Origin: a virus
Strand: one strand, 5' to 3'
IMG/VR virus record: IMGVR_UViG_3300032334_001937
Location: 1 to 64,000 of that record
Length of the DNA stretch: 64,000 nt
Below are positions 25,238 to 34,825 of this stretch, piece by piece. Position 1 is the first letter of the stretch; each line of letters starts with the position of its first letter. The notes under the pieces are model-generated. The model was not told where the DNA came from. It did not search any database and was given only the letters and a program-made list of their open reading frames with translations. The position numbers and the translations under genes are program-made.

Positions 25238-27699
25238 CTTTCATTCCTCCTTGAACCACCTGAATTTGTTCCTCCAGATGAACCTCCTGTTGAACCACCA
25301 CCTGATGGTGATCCGCCTCCTGTTGCTAGTCCTACAGCATTAAGTGCTGCTCCTGTTGCTACAACTGTAGCCACAACCATATTTGTTGCTTCTTTTCTTT
25401 CTCCTGGAGTCATATCTGCTCCAATACTTCCAAGTGCTGCTAATGCTGCTCCTGGATCAGTAAATGCTGCTTGTAATAATTCTCCTGGATTTTGAACTAA
25501 TTCTACATTTGCTGCTACCTCTGCAGTAATAATTAGGACTTCTCCAGATTCAGATGTTCTAATTTCTACTGGTGTTTCTGGTGGAAGGTCTGCATATGAT
25601 ACTCCTGATGCTTTAACTTCCGCTGCAGAAATTGATTCTCCTGGCTTAAGATCTGCTATTAATGCTGCTACCACAATATCTTTTTGTTCTTCAGTTAATT
25701 CTTTGCCATTTTTTGCTTCCGCAACTATTTCTTTTAATTCTTTTTCCTGTGCAAGTTCTTCTGCTTTTGCTGCTGCTTCTTCTGCCTTAGCATCTTTTGC
25801 TTCTTGTGCTTTTGCTTCTGCTTCTGCCTTTGCATCTTCTTCTGCTTGTCTAGCAGCTTCTGCTTCTGCCTCTGCAGCTGCTGCTTCAGCTTTTGCATTT
25901 TCTTCAGCTTGTCGTGCTTCTTCTGCTTCTGCCTCTAATCTTTCAGCCTCTGCCTGTGCTGCAGCCTCTTCTGCTGCCATAGCCTCTTCTTTAGCTTGGG
26001 CTGCTGCTTCTTCTGCAGCAATTCTATCTGCTTCTGCCTCTAATCTTTCAGCCTCTGCCTGTGCTGCAGCCTCTTCTGCTGCTACTCTATCAGCCTCTGC
26101 TTTTTCTGCTGCAGCTTGGGCTGCTTCTGCTGCTGCTTCGGCTTGTGCTGCTGCAGCTTCTGCTACTCTTGCATTTTCTGATGCTTCTGCTGCTTGTCTT
26201 TCTGCTTCTGCTCTGGCTGCTGCTTGTCTAACTGATTCCTCTGCAGCAAGAGTGGCATCTACAATTGAATCTGCTGAACTAACTGCTGACCCCATAGCAG
26301 AAACTGCTTGCTCTACAAGAATTAATGCTGAATCTAATTGTGATTTAGCAGTACCAACCTGTGCTTGCCAATAAGAAACATCGTTTGCTGCTGTCACTAA
26401 ATTTGCCTGTGCTATTTGCAATGCTTGTTGTGCTGCATTTATTTCTGATTGCAATGCATTCTTATCTGATTGCAAACCAGATAAAACTGCCTGTGCTGCA
26501 GTCAAAGTCTGCTGTGCAGTAGTTAAATTATTTTGTGCAGTTGTTAATGCTTCAGCAAGATTTGTATTTGCTGGAGCAGGAGTATATGGTGTGTACCCAG
26601 TCCTACTAATATGTGCTGTAAAATTAGTAGAGTTTGTTCCAGTATTTAGCGGTACTGATATGCTTTGTAATTGATTATTCACATACTCAACTACCTGTAC
26701 TGGATTATTATAATTATTTCCATTCATACCAACAGAAGAAACATCTGCTTTCCAAGAACCATCTAATGGATTTACGTCAGCATCAAATGTCATATATGTC
26801 TTTGAAGTATTCCATGATCTTGTTGCATATGGAACAACACTCCATTCAACTAAAAGGCTATTGATGGTTGTTGAATATCTAACATATGTATCTGAGTCAA
26901 CATTCCACCAGTCACGGAAATTAATATAAACTGCTGGAGCATTTCCACCCCAACCTTGTGGGGTACCAAAAGATATCAAACCATTTGTAGCAACATAAAC
27001 ATCTGTATAGGTTTGGTCTCCAAGTTTAAGAGCATATGGAAGTTGCATTCTAAATGCTTGATCATCATCTTTAGGAAGATTTGTGGTTTGTGGATTGCCA
27101 GCATTTTCTAGCCTTATCTGGTTTTGAACTAATGCTACATCTCCTTGACGAGAAACTACTGTAGCACTATCTGTATTAACTATTGCTGTCTGGCTATCAA
27201 TCTGGCCATTAAGAACTGTCATGCTATCTGTCAAAGATAGGACTGTTGCTGATTCTGTGGCTACTGTTTGGGCTCTAGCAGTTTGAGTTTCTACTGCTTG
27301 AGCCAGGGAATTCTGAACAGAGATAACATTATTTACAGCCACAGTAGCACTATCTACTACTGTCTGAGCCTGTTGAATAGAGGTCTGAGCCTGTGTGATA
27401 GTGGCTGTAATGGTCTCTGTAGGGCTTGTAATGGCTGTTGCTTGGCTTTGTATGGCTGCCGTGGTAGTTTCAGCCTGAGTAATTGTAGCCTGTGCTACCT
27501 CAATTGTGGCTGTGGCACTTTCTGTTGTTGTGTGTACTATTAATGTTGATGATGAATCTATAACTACCGTTGCTGAATCAGAAGGGGTGACTTGAGCGCT
27601 TAATACTTCTTCCGCATGTGCGTGATCACTTGGACATAGAATGAACCATAATCCCACCAAAAAAGCCACCAACCCACTTTTTAGTAGGAAATTTCTGAT
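25231..27699 (-). CDS. Large exported protein: signal peptide, coiled coil, NIDO-like domain, Ala/Glu repeat stalk, C-terminal anchor
   Basis: ORF-track 813 aa extended to an in-frame ATC at 27699 after GAAAGGA; AHA cleavage site; DDD...LPY...VYVATNGLISFG. Confidence 0.75.
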   Translation of the reverse strand: MRNFLLKSGLVAFLVGLWFILCPSDHAHAEEVLSAQVTPSDSATVVIDSSSTLIVHTTTESATATIEVAQATITQAETTTAAIQSQATAITSPTETITATITQAQTSIQQAQTVVDSATVAVNNVISVQNSLAQAVETQTARAQTVATESATVLSLTDSMTVLNGQIDSQTAIVNTDSATVVSRQGDVALVQNQIRLENAGNPQTTNLPKDDDQAFRMQLPYALKLGDQTYTDVYVATNGLISFGTPQGWGGNAPAVYINFRDWWNVDSDTYVRYSTTINSLLVEWSVVPYATRSWNTSKTYMTFDADVNPLDGSWKADVSSVGMNGNNYNNPVQVVEYVNNQLQSISVPLNTGTNSTNFTAHISRTGYTPYTPAPANTNLAEALTTAQNNLTTAQQTLTAAQAVLSGLQSDKNALQSEINAAQQALQIAQANLVTAANDVSYWQAQVGTAKSQLDSALILVEQAVSAMGSAVSSADSIVDATLAAEESVRQAAARAEAERQAAEASENARVAEAAAAQAEAAAEAAQAAAEKAEADRVAAEEAAAQAEAERLEAEADRIAAEEAAAQAKEEAMAAEEAAAQAEAERLEAEAEEARQAEENAKAEAAAAEAEAEAARQAEEDAKAEAEAKAQEAKDAKAEEAAAKAEELAQEKELKEIVAEAKNGKELTEEQKDIVVAALIADLKPGESISAAEVKASGVSYADLPPETPVEIRTSESGEVLIITAEVAANVELVQNPGELLQAAFTDPGAALAALGSIGADMTPGERKEATNMVVATVVATGAALNAVGLATGGGSPSGGGSTGGSSGGTNSGGSRRNERW
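25922..26082. repeat. 56-bp exact direct repeat (25922-25977 and 26027-26082) in the Ala/Glu stalk
   Basis: Identical copies 105 bp (35 codons) apart, in frame. Confidence 0.85.
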
Positions 27700-27754
27700 A
27701 GAGGGCCATCCTTTCCAAGATGTTTGATAACCCTATTATATCATTTTATAGCAC

Positions 27755-27787
27755 AAAAAAGAGGGCTAGCACTTGGCTAACCCCCTT
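27755..27787 (-). terminator. Rho-independent terminator
   Basis: AAGGGGGTTAGC-CAAGT-GCTAGCCCTCTTTTTT on the - strand. Confidence 0.8.
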
Positions 27788-27800
27788 AATTGTTGGCTTG

Positions 27801-29513
27801 TTAAGCGTTTACCTTCTTCTGAATCTTTACGACTAGAGCGGTAAGTGCTGTGATCTGCTTCTTAAGTGAAGCAATCATTGCAGAAACACTTGCAGATAGC
27901 TTGGCTACCGCATCAGATGCTTCCTGAGCTGCTGCTGTAGCAGCATCTGCAGCATCTGCAGCAGCAAGTGCTGCATCTGTGGCTGCGTTGGCTGCATCTG
28001 TTGCATCATTTGCAGCATCTCTTGCATCGTTAACTGGTGTGTTAACTACCTTTGCAGTTGCATTTACTACAACCTGACCTGCAGCAGGAAGTGATGCACC
28101 ACCTGTTGCAGAGATTGTTACAGTGTTTTCAGTCAAAGGCATAAATACCTTATATGTCTTTACTGTATCTGTATCAGTTGTAATTGATGTTGCTGTAAGA
28201 ACATCTGATCCTGAACCAAATGCATAAGTAGAAGTAATTCCACCTGTAGCAAATAGTGCAGAGTGTGTCTTACCTGAAACTGGAAGACCTGCTGCATCAA
28301 CAACCTGAACCTTGATAGTTGCTGCTTCACCTGGAAGATATTCAGCCTTATCAAATGTAAGCTTTACTGATGCTGCTGCTGCTTCTACACGAGTAGCAAC
28401 TGGAGCAGATACGATTGTGCCTGCTGCATTTCTAACTGTAATAGCAACTCCACCAGCCTTAACGCCAGTAAGAGTAAATGTTGCTACACCATCAACGATA
28501 GTTGCTGCTGTACCTGAATCAGATACTGTTGCTACATCAGATGAATTAGCATAAAGTGTTCCTGCTCCGACTGTTACGCCAGAAGCATCCTTTGCAACTG
28601 CCTTAACTGTAGTTGTGTTTGCACCAACTGCGATAACAGACTTAACTGGAGTTGCTACGATTGTAGCGATATCACCATAGAATGTTACCTGCTCTGTTGC
28701 AAGCACTGTACCTGTAAGTGTTGTAAGTGTAATTGTTCCAACTCCTGCTGTACCGTCAGCAAATACGCCAATGTAGTTGCCTGATGGGATTACTAGTGCA
28801 CGACCAAGAGCAGAGATAGTTGTAGCATTTGTGCCATAACCGATCAAACCTGTTCCTGAAACTGTTGCAAGAATTGACTCAGTTGCGTTTCCACCTGCAG
28901 CATTCTTAGGTGTAACAACGATAACTGCTGCTGCATCTGTTGATGTTGCCTTTGGTGCATACACTGAAGCATCTGCTGTTGCAGTTGTGACTTCACCAGC
29001 GTTTAGGACTGAAGTTGTTGTTGCTGCAGAAGGTGTAATATCTGCTGCCTTAACTGTTACTGTCCATGCAACTGATGGACCAGTTGATGGGCGAGTAGTA
29101 ATAATTCTTGCTTCGTATGTACCTGCAACTGATGGAGCAACCAATGAAACTGTAAACTTTGCAGTTACATATCCTGGTGTTCCAACTGTTGAGTTAACAT
29201 CAGCAGAAAGATTTCCTGCTGCAACTGCAACTGTAGCAGTTGTTGTTTCAAGCAATGTTAGTGTTGCATTCTTAGATGCACCTGTTGGTTGTAAGAACAT
29301 AGCAGAAAGCACTGTTGCTGTATCTGCTGCTGTTTCTGAGATAAACGACAAAGTTACTACTGCAGTTGCGGTTTCACCAGCAGTGATTGCATCTGTAGCA
29401 GAGTCAATCGTTAGTGAAGGTCCGATTACAGCAGCACTTGTCGGAAGTGCTGACATAACGCCAAAGGTCATAGCTGCAGCAAGACCTAGGGCAATTTTCT
29501 TAAATGAATTCAT
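27801..29513 (-). CDS. Secreted Ala/Thr/Val-rich Ig-like (S-layer-like) protein with C-terminal coiled coil
   Basis: Signal peptide MNSFKKIAL...TSA; beta-rich repeats, FDKAEYLPGE; AAGGAG SD; own terminator. Confidence 0.75.
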   Translation of the reverse strand: MNSFKKIALGLAAAMTFGVMSALPTSAAVIGPSLTIDSATDAITAGETATAVVTLSFISETAADTATVLSAMFLQPTGASKNATLTLLETTTATVAVAAGNLSADVNSTVGTPGYVTAKFTVSLVAPSVAGTYEARIITTRPSTGPSVAWTVTVKAADITPSAATTTSVLNAGEVTTATADASVYAPKATSTDAAAVIVVTPKNAAGGNATESILATVSGTGLIGYGTNATTISALGRALVIPSGNYIGVFADGTAGVGTITLTTLTGTVLATEQVTFYGDIATIVATPVKSVIAVGANTTTVKAVAKDASGVTVGAGTLYANSSDVATVSDSGTAATIVDGVATFTLTGVKAGGVAITVRNAAGTIVSAPVATRVEAAAASVKLTFDKAEYLPGEAATIKVQVVDAAGLPVSGKTHSALFATGGITSTYAFGSGSDVLTATSITTDTDTVKTYKVFMPLTENTVTISATGGASLPAAGQVVVNATAKVVNTPVNDARDAANDATDAANAATDAALAAADAADAATAAAQEASDAVAKLSASVSAMIASLKKQITALTALVVKIQKKVNA

Positions 29514-29531
29514 TTTTCTCCTTGTTAGTTT

Positions 29532-31319
29532 TTATAATAAATTGAAATTATCAAGATAGTCCCGAACTTCTTCAGGCATTTCCCGACTATCCAATTCTAC
29601 CATACGTTGCTCTTGCTCTGCAAGTCGTTGCGATGAGCGTGACCAAGTATGAATATCAATCTCTATATTAGTATTCTTTGGTGTATGAGATAGAGCACCA
29701 AATACCGCACCAGTTACGGCATCCGATAAGTCCTTTGACTTTTTACGTGGGTGATCTACTTTTTTATCATTGATAATCTTAAGTTCAGACATTTCATCAA
29801 GCAGCAATGGGATATGTGGCATGGCAACACGCTCTTCATAAATCATCATTGCAAGGTCTTCATAATGTTTCTTACCAACAGAAACAGTATCAGTTCTTAT
29901 TCCCACTGCTTGAAGTTCCTGTTGAATATCAAATGATTGCCAGCGGTCAAATGTAACCATTCCAAGATTAAAGCCTTGTCTGCGAAGGTTTTGAATCCAT
30001 TGTTTTACTTCAGATAAATTGACTGGGCCTTCTACTTTTGGTTCCCACCAAACTACAGCATCAACAATAATAATTGGAGCAACTTGCTCATAGTCTTTAA
30101 CTACTTGTAGGTTTACCCATTTATCAACATGAGCAATTGCCACTGCACACTTATCGTGCTTTTGTGCAAGGTCAGCATGAACATAATAAACCTTATCTGG
30201 GTCTGGAACAAATGACTCATCAAACCTTTTATTATTATCAATTGGATTTCTAAGTGTCATACACTTTTCAAGCTTATCTTTTTGTTTAAAGAAAGCATCA
30301 GAAGCAAATGTTGGAACACAAGCAAAACGCTGCATGGCATCTCCCATGTCTGTAAAGAATGCTAACTTAAAGTCATCAATCTTTCTTGTTGGGTTTACTA
30401 CCCATGTTGGTCTCTTTAGTGCAAATACCCCAGGATATTTATATGCAACGATTTGATCTTCATCCCATCCAATATCTAAGTAATTGCCTTCAAGGTCATC
30501 TGGAAAGTCTGGATTCATAATAAATCTATGTGTATATGTAATTGTTTCTTTTTCCATTATTGAGTCTTCATATTTTTGTGAAATAAAGTCCCCTGGAAAA
30601 CGGGGGAATGAAAGTAGTGCAACCTTACCAAGGTCAGGAAAACGAGAGTCTACAGAAGCACGAAATGCCTTATAGATATTGTCTGCAGTTTTTCCCTGAT
30701 CATTTCCAGTTCCAACCTCTTGTGCAAAACCAGAAATTTCATCAAGTACTGCAAGAATCAAGTTCAAACCTTCGTGTGATTCTCTTTCTGAGTGACCAGA
30801 GTAAACCGTAATTGCTTTGTCAAACTCAATACTTTCAGCCTTAGCATTATACTTTCCTGCAAACCATTCAGACTTTTCAATCTTAGTTTTAAAGCCTTTG
30901 AAGAACACGTTCTTAGCTTGCTGAGCGTTAATAGCTACGTTAATAATATCAATTGCATCTCCTGCAGGCTTACCAAAGTATCTTGCAGGATCTTTTAAAC
31001 ATAGTAGTTTGTATACAATGTATGCACATGCTACAGTTGATGTAAAATCTTTTCCAGATCCCTTGCCAAGTTGCAGAATTACTTCATTTTTTGTATACTT
31101 TTTATAGTAACGATGGCCTTCTTCTGCTCCCATAATATCTACAAGATCTTCTTCTCTATAAATTTGGCTCATTGCTTCAACAATGTCATATTGTATATCT
31201 GACAATGGTGGCTGGTTTAGATATGATTCGCCCTCAACAAATGTTTTTGCATCAACAGGCATCTCTTCAAAGTTATTATTTTTTAATGCTTCAAGAAAAT
31301 CATTGAACATCGTGGACAA
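29532..31319 (-). CDS. terL: Terminase large subunit
   Basis: Walker A LGKGSGKD, Walker B AVLDE, nuclease motifs VHADLA, FDRWQS, KDLSDA. Confidence 0.9.
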   Translation of the reverse strand: MSTMFNDFLEALKNNNFEEMPVDAKTFVEGESYLNQPPLSDIQYDIVEAMSQIYREEDLVDIMGAEEGHRYYKKYTKNEVILQLGKGSGKDFTSTVACAYIVYKLLCLKDPARYFGKPAGDAIDIINVAINAQQAKNVFFKGFKTKIEKSEWFAGKYNAKAESIEFDKAITVYSGHSERESHEGLNLILAVLDEISGFAQEVGTGNDQGKTADNIYKAFRASVDSRFPDLGKVALLSFPRFPGDFISQKYEDSIMEKETITYTHRFIMNPDFPDDLEGNYLDIGWDEDQIVAYKYPGVFALKRPTWVVNPTRKIDDFKLAFFTDMGDAMQRFACVPTFASDAFFKQKDKLEKCMTLRNPIDNNKRFDESFVPDPDKVYYVHADLAQKHDKCAVAIAHVDKWVNLQVVKDYEQVAPIIIVDAVVWWEPKVEGPVNLSEVKQWIQNLRRQGFNLGMVTFDRWQSFDIQQELQAVGIRTDTVSVGKKHYEDLAMMIYEERVAMPHIPLLLDEMSELKIINDKKVDHPRKKSKDLSDAVTGAVFGALSHTPKNTNIEIDIHTWSRSSQRLAEQEQRMVELDSREMPEEVRDYLDNFNLL

Positions 31320-31836
31320 CTGTAATCACTTCCCCATCTTTTGCAACAGAAGAAAGTCTGTGCATAATTAGGTCACGAATTTCTGGATGAGAAGATGCAA
31401 TATCTCTTAATATTGCAACAAGTGTTTCCTGACGTTTTTCAATCTCAACCATTTCTTCTGCAAGTTCCTTGTTCTCAAGAAGTCCTGCTTTTTGAAGCAT
31501 GTCAATTCTTGCTTTTTCAATATCAACAACAAGTTTAATTGCTTGAGTCTTTGCACTAAGATTATTAGTCATAGTTGCTTCATCAATAACTTCATAAGAT
31601 TTTGTAATCAGTTTACTATAGTGTGCATCCATTGCTGCAAGTGCTTCCTTTGCACGAGCACGGATTGCGTCATTAGCAGAAGCCATAACCTTCCACTCAT
31701 TAATAAGTTCTACAACACGAACTCTTGGTATTGCAAGCTCTTTAGAAATTCTTGTTGGGTCAGTACCCTTTAGGTACTCTGCAACAACTTGGTTTACCTG
31801 ATCAAGATGTTTAACTAGATCTTCTTCAGTTGACAT
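31300..31836 (-). CDS. terS: Terminase small subunit (HTH plus helical region)
   Basis: N-terminal HTH; immediately upstream of and overlapping terL. Confidence 0.6.
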   Translation of the reverse strand: MSTEEDLVKHLDQVNQVVAEYLKGTDPTRISKELAIPRVRVVELINEWKVMASANDAIRARAKEALAAMDAHYSKLITKSYEVIDEATMTNNLSAKTQAIKLVVDIEKARIDMLQKAGLLENKELAEEMVEIEKRQETLVAILRDIASSHPEIRDLIMHRLSSVAKDGEVITVVHDVQ

Positions 31837-32071
31837 ATTTTCCCTCTAGTCTATTTATTTCATCCTTGATATAAAAGATTGCTTTTTCAAGATCTTGAAT
31901 AGTCTTTGACTCATCTTTAAGTCCTGCTCTCCAAAGATATTTAAATGCATTACCAATGTTAAAATTACGATGACGGGTAATCTGAATACACTCAACACCA
32001 GAAGGATCTGTTGTATAATGAAGTGGATGGTTAACTTGATCAACCGTAATGCTTAGGTTGTCACTCATCAT
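31826..32071 (-). CDS. DUF3310-family protein
   Basis: VNHPLHY, GVECI, GNAFKYLWRAG, DLEKAIFY. Confidence 0.85.
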   Translation of the reverse strand: MMSDNLSITVDQVNHPLHYTTDPSGVECIQITRHRNFNIGNAFKYLWRAGLKDESKTIQDLEKAIFYIKDEINRLEGKYVN

Positions 32072-32183
32072 CTTCCTCCCAATCAAATGCTTCTGGCATT
32101 CCCTTTAATGTAAATACAGCATAAGTTAATCCAACAGCACATACTGCTGCAACAAATGTTACAAACTTATGAAACTTATTCAT
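32061..32183 (-). CDS. Small membrane peptide (40 aa)
   Basis: ATGA overlap; one TM plus acidic tail. Confidence 0.55.
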   Translation of the reverse strand: MNKFHKFVTFVAAVCAVGLTYAVFTLKGMPEAFDWEEDDE

Positions 32184-32335
32184 CTTTTTGACTTCCTTAG
32201 TCCAAATTTAGCAAGGTATACATAGATAGTTTCTACGCTTGTACCGCACTCTTTTGCAATATCTTGTGGAGACTTTTTATCCATAAGGAACCTCTTACGA
32301 AGCCAAGTCTCGCTAGTATATAGTTTAGCAGCCAT
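32180..32335 (-). CDS. Small HTH DNA-binding protein
   Basis: MAAKLYTSETWL...KSPQDIAKECGTSVETIY; the ATG at 32335 is more likely than the ORF-track start. Confidence 0.75.
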   Translation of the reverse strand: MAAKLYTSETWLRKRFLMDKKSPQDIAKECGTSVETIYVYLAKFGLRKSKR

Positions 32336-32339
32336 AGTG

Positions 32340-32930
32340 TTATTTGTCAACCCCAATAGCCTTACCCCAGTTATTGATAGCCCAGTGCCCAATACCGCAA
32401 GCATCTGCCACATCATTATCAGTAATAGCTTTATCATAGATTGTATTTATAAACTTAATAGTTCTTTCTTTGCGTAGGTTACGCTCATAAGTTTTGTACC
32501 ATGAAACAGACTTACCAGGGTGCTGTGCACGAATATAAAGTTGTTCATCTTTTGATATCTTCTTGTTTCCAATATAGTTTTGCCACGTAATAGGAGATAC
32601 TTTTCCAAAGGTATCAATACCAGATAGGCCTGCTGCACCAAGAAGTGCACCCTGTACAAGAGCAAGATCGGCAGCAGTCTTAGGGCTATTCATGAAAACC
32701 GTATGCTCAATAACTATGGCATCAACCATGTTGAACTGATCAAATAATCCCTTTGTTTTCTTGCATGCGTCTGCTACCTTTTCATATATATCATTACCGC
32801 TAAAATTAATCTTTCCAATTGTTCCAAGGTTTTTAAATGAATAAAAAGCAAAAGCAAGACTATTAGTGCTAGCATCTATTGCACAAATATTATTTGGTTG
32901 CACTGGTCCGCCCCACTTAGTCTTGTTCAT
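32340..32930 (-). CDS. RuvC-like Holliday junction resolvase
   Basis: ICAIDAS, IVIE and DVADA acidic motifs. Confidence 0.75.
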   Translation of the reverse strand: MNKTKWGGPVQPNNICAIDASTNSLAFAFYSFKNLGTIGKINFSGNDIYEKVADACKKTKGLFDQFNMVDAIVIEHTVFMNSPKTAADLALVQGALLGAAGLSGIDTFGKVSPITWQNYIGNKKISKDEQLYIRAQHPGKSVSWYKTYERNLRKERTIKFINTIYDKAITDNDVADACGIGHWAINNWGKAIGVDK

Positions 32931-33207
32931 ATTCAATAAAACCTTTTAACTCTTTTAACATCTTATCAACTGATTTTTTACTAATATTACAATTAGAACA
33001 GAAGCCTGAGTCGTTGTAGATTGAAAGATCAACTCCACAACCACCCAAGCATTTTCTGATCTTACCTATTCTCTTTTGTCTACGAGTTGCTTGATAGCGC
33101 TCTGCTATCTTTTCTTTTGTAGCTTCGTCTCTACAAGATTCACTGCAGTAAATCTGGTAAGAAACTTTTGGTGTGAAATAATTATCACATCTGCTACAAA
33201 GTTTCAC
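32917..33207 (-). CDS. Zinc-binding hypothetical protein
   Basis: CxxC...YCSxxC...CxxxC...CxxC. Confidence 0.7.
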   Translation of the reverse strand: MKLCSRCDNYFTPKVSYQIYCSESCRDEATKEKIAERYQATRRQKRIGKIRKCLGGCGVDLSIYNDSGFCSNCNISKKSVDKMLKELKGFIEYEQD

Positions 33208-34027
33208 TCAATTCCTCCAGAGAAGCAATCTTAATAGTTCCATCTCCAGCTTCAGCACATGCTGCCTTTACTGGACATGTTTTACAAATCTTTGAATTAC
33301 CACGATAGTTCTTTGTTGGGATGGTTTGATCATTCCATGCCTTGCGAACTTCTCTCATCCAATTAAAAGCATAGTCAACCCACTGGCGATAACCATCATT
33401 TACTTCTATTGGAATAATCATCAAGTCATGGTTATTTTTATTCTCATAAATAAGTGCACCCTTTTGCTTGCCAAGAATCTTCATATAAATCAACAGCTGA
33501 ACTAGGTGTCCAGCCTTTGGCTTATTTGTTTTCTTACGATACTCAAAAGCTTCACTCATCATTGTCTTAATTTCTCCAATGATTTCTTCACCCTCCCAAT
33601 TAAGCATTACGTCTCCGTAACCAAAGATTGGTGGGTCATTTGCAATAACCTTAAACTCTGTTGTCTTTTCACCCTTATCATTTACATATGGAACAGCAAC
33701 ACCAGAAGCAAGCATTGCTCCTTGAATTCTGTCGTGTCCCATAGTTCCTGCACTCATATTAGCAACACCATATGCGTCTGTGTAATCATCAAAAACATTA
33801 CCATTAAATGCAAGATACCAGTATCGTGGACACTGGCCATGCTGATATGCAATTGTTGATGGAGCAAATGTTTTCTTTGTGGTCATCTTTGGACCACGAC
33901 TAACTGTATATCCAGAATTAATCTTAGCTATCATATCCTCAGCATTGAAGATTGTATTTTGCTTAGTGATTGCTTCTTTCTTTTCTGCTTCTTTTAACAT
34001 AACCTGCTTTAGTAAACTTTTTGTCAT
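33194..34027 (-). CDS. Cas4-like PD-(D/E)XK exonuclease (solo)
   Basis: CPR...GT.GH...GD...EIKT...QL..Y...CKTCPVKAAC (four-Cys Fe-S pattern). Confidence 0.85.
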   Translation of the reverse strand: MTKSLLKQVMLKEAEKKEAITKQNTIFNAEDMIAKINSGYTVSRGPKMTTKKTFAPSTIAYQHGQCPRYWYLAFNGNVFDDYTDAYGVANMSAGTMGHDRIQGAMLASGVAVPYVNDKGEKTTEFKVIANDPPIFGYGDVMLNWEGEEIIGEIKTMMSEAFEYRKKTNKPKAGHLVQLLIYMKILGKQKGALIYENKNNHDLMIIPIEVNDGYRQWVDYAFNWMREVRKAWNDQTIPTKNYRGNSKICKTCPVKAACAEAGDGTIKIASLEELSETL

Positions 34028-34061
34028 TTTTTATTCCCCTTGTTTATATAAGTATAGCAGG

Positions 34062-34376
34062 TTAGCGCATTATATACTTGAGTGCTGACACCAAGTTATT
34101 GATAGATTCCGCTGCTGTGTAATAAATGTTCTTCTTTGCACGATCATTCTTATCTACATTAGCCATCCAAGTAGCCTTAAAAGCCATCTTTGCTGCAATG
34201 GCCTGTAGTCTAACAATCTCAATACTTGCTACTTGGGTTGGAATATCTGGCTTAATAATTACCTTTGCAATAAATATTAGGGCAGCAGTTAGCTCTTCGT
34301 CTTGCATATAATCTGCAATCTCTGTCAAACCATTTACCATATCTAGTGTTGTTTGCTGTGGTCCTATTTCAGTCAT
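34062..34376 (-). CDS. Hypothetical helical protein
   Basis: Coupled ORF. Confidence 0.7.
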   Translation of the reverse strand: MTEIGPQQTTLDMVNGLTEIADYMQDEELTAALIFIAKVIIKPDIPTQVASIEIVRLQAIAAKMAFKATWMANVDKNDRAKKNIYYTAAESINNLVSALKYIMR

Positions 34377-34662
34377 TTTGTTCCCCCTCTGTTAGTTGCT
34401 CTAATAGTTCTACTTCAATTACTGCTAATCTTACCTTGGCATTACCATCGCCTAAAATAATAAAAATTGCTGGATCGTTATGATTTTTAATAGCATCTGT
34501 AACTGCTTTAGCCCAGATATCTTTATTTATCGTTATACCCTTTGGATACTCCTTAAAGTCTACAGTAAAGTTTCTCCAAGTTGCATCACCTTTATGTGTG
34601 CCACGTCCAGAGTTCTTGTGCTGTTTAGCTCCAAGTCTTTTTGACTCACTTCTTTCGCTCAT
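34369..34662 (-). CDS. PD-(D/E)XK nuclease, Hjc-like resolvase
   Basis: E...NSG...KGD...VDFK. Confidence 0.65.
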   Translation of the reverse strand: MSERSESKRLGAKQHKNSGRGTHKGDATWRNFTVDFKEYPKGITINKDIWAKAVTDAIKNHNDPAIFIILGDGNAKVRLAVIEVELLEQLTEGEQND

Positions 34663-34825
34663 AGTCCTTCTTTGTTAAAATTAGTGGAACCCTTGATATA
34701 TGTTTTTGTGAGCACATCCAAGTAAGGTCAGCAGTTTCAATCCAAAGGCGAAGTGACCTAACTTCTTCTTTACACGATTGACAATTAAACTTACCGTTAA
34801 AAACTTTAAACTTTTCGTTAGACAT
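34646..34825 (-). CDS. Small Zn-binding protein (59 aa)
   Basis: CQSC...WMCSQKH; fills the gap downstream of recA. Confidence 0.65.
   Translation of the reverse strand: MSNEKFKVFNGKFNCQSCKEEVRSLRLWIETADLTWMCSQKHISRVPLILTKKDYERKK

Noticed and set aside
25703-29559. Long + strand ORFs (25703-26374, 28987-29559; also 47912-48490 and 61017-61412)
   Set aside because: Antisense shadows of Ala/Thr-rich genes with biased codons; no SD or recognisable motifs.
33194-34027. CRISPR-Cas system suggested by the Cas4-like gene
   Set aside because: No repeat-spacer array or other cas genes seen; solo Cas4-like exonucleases are common in phage recombination modules.
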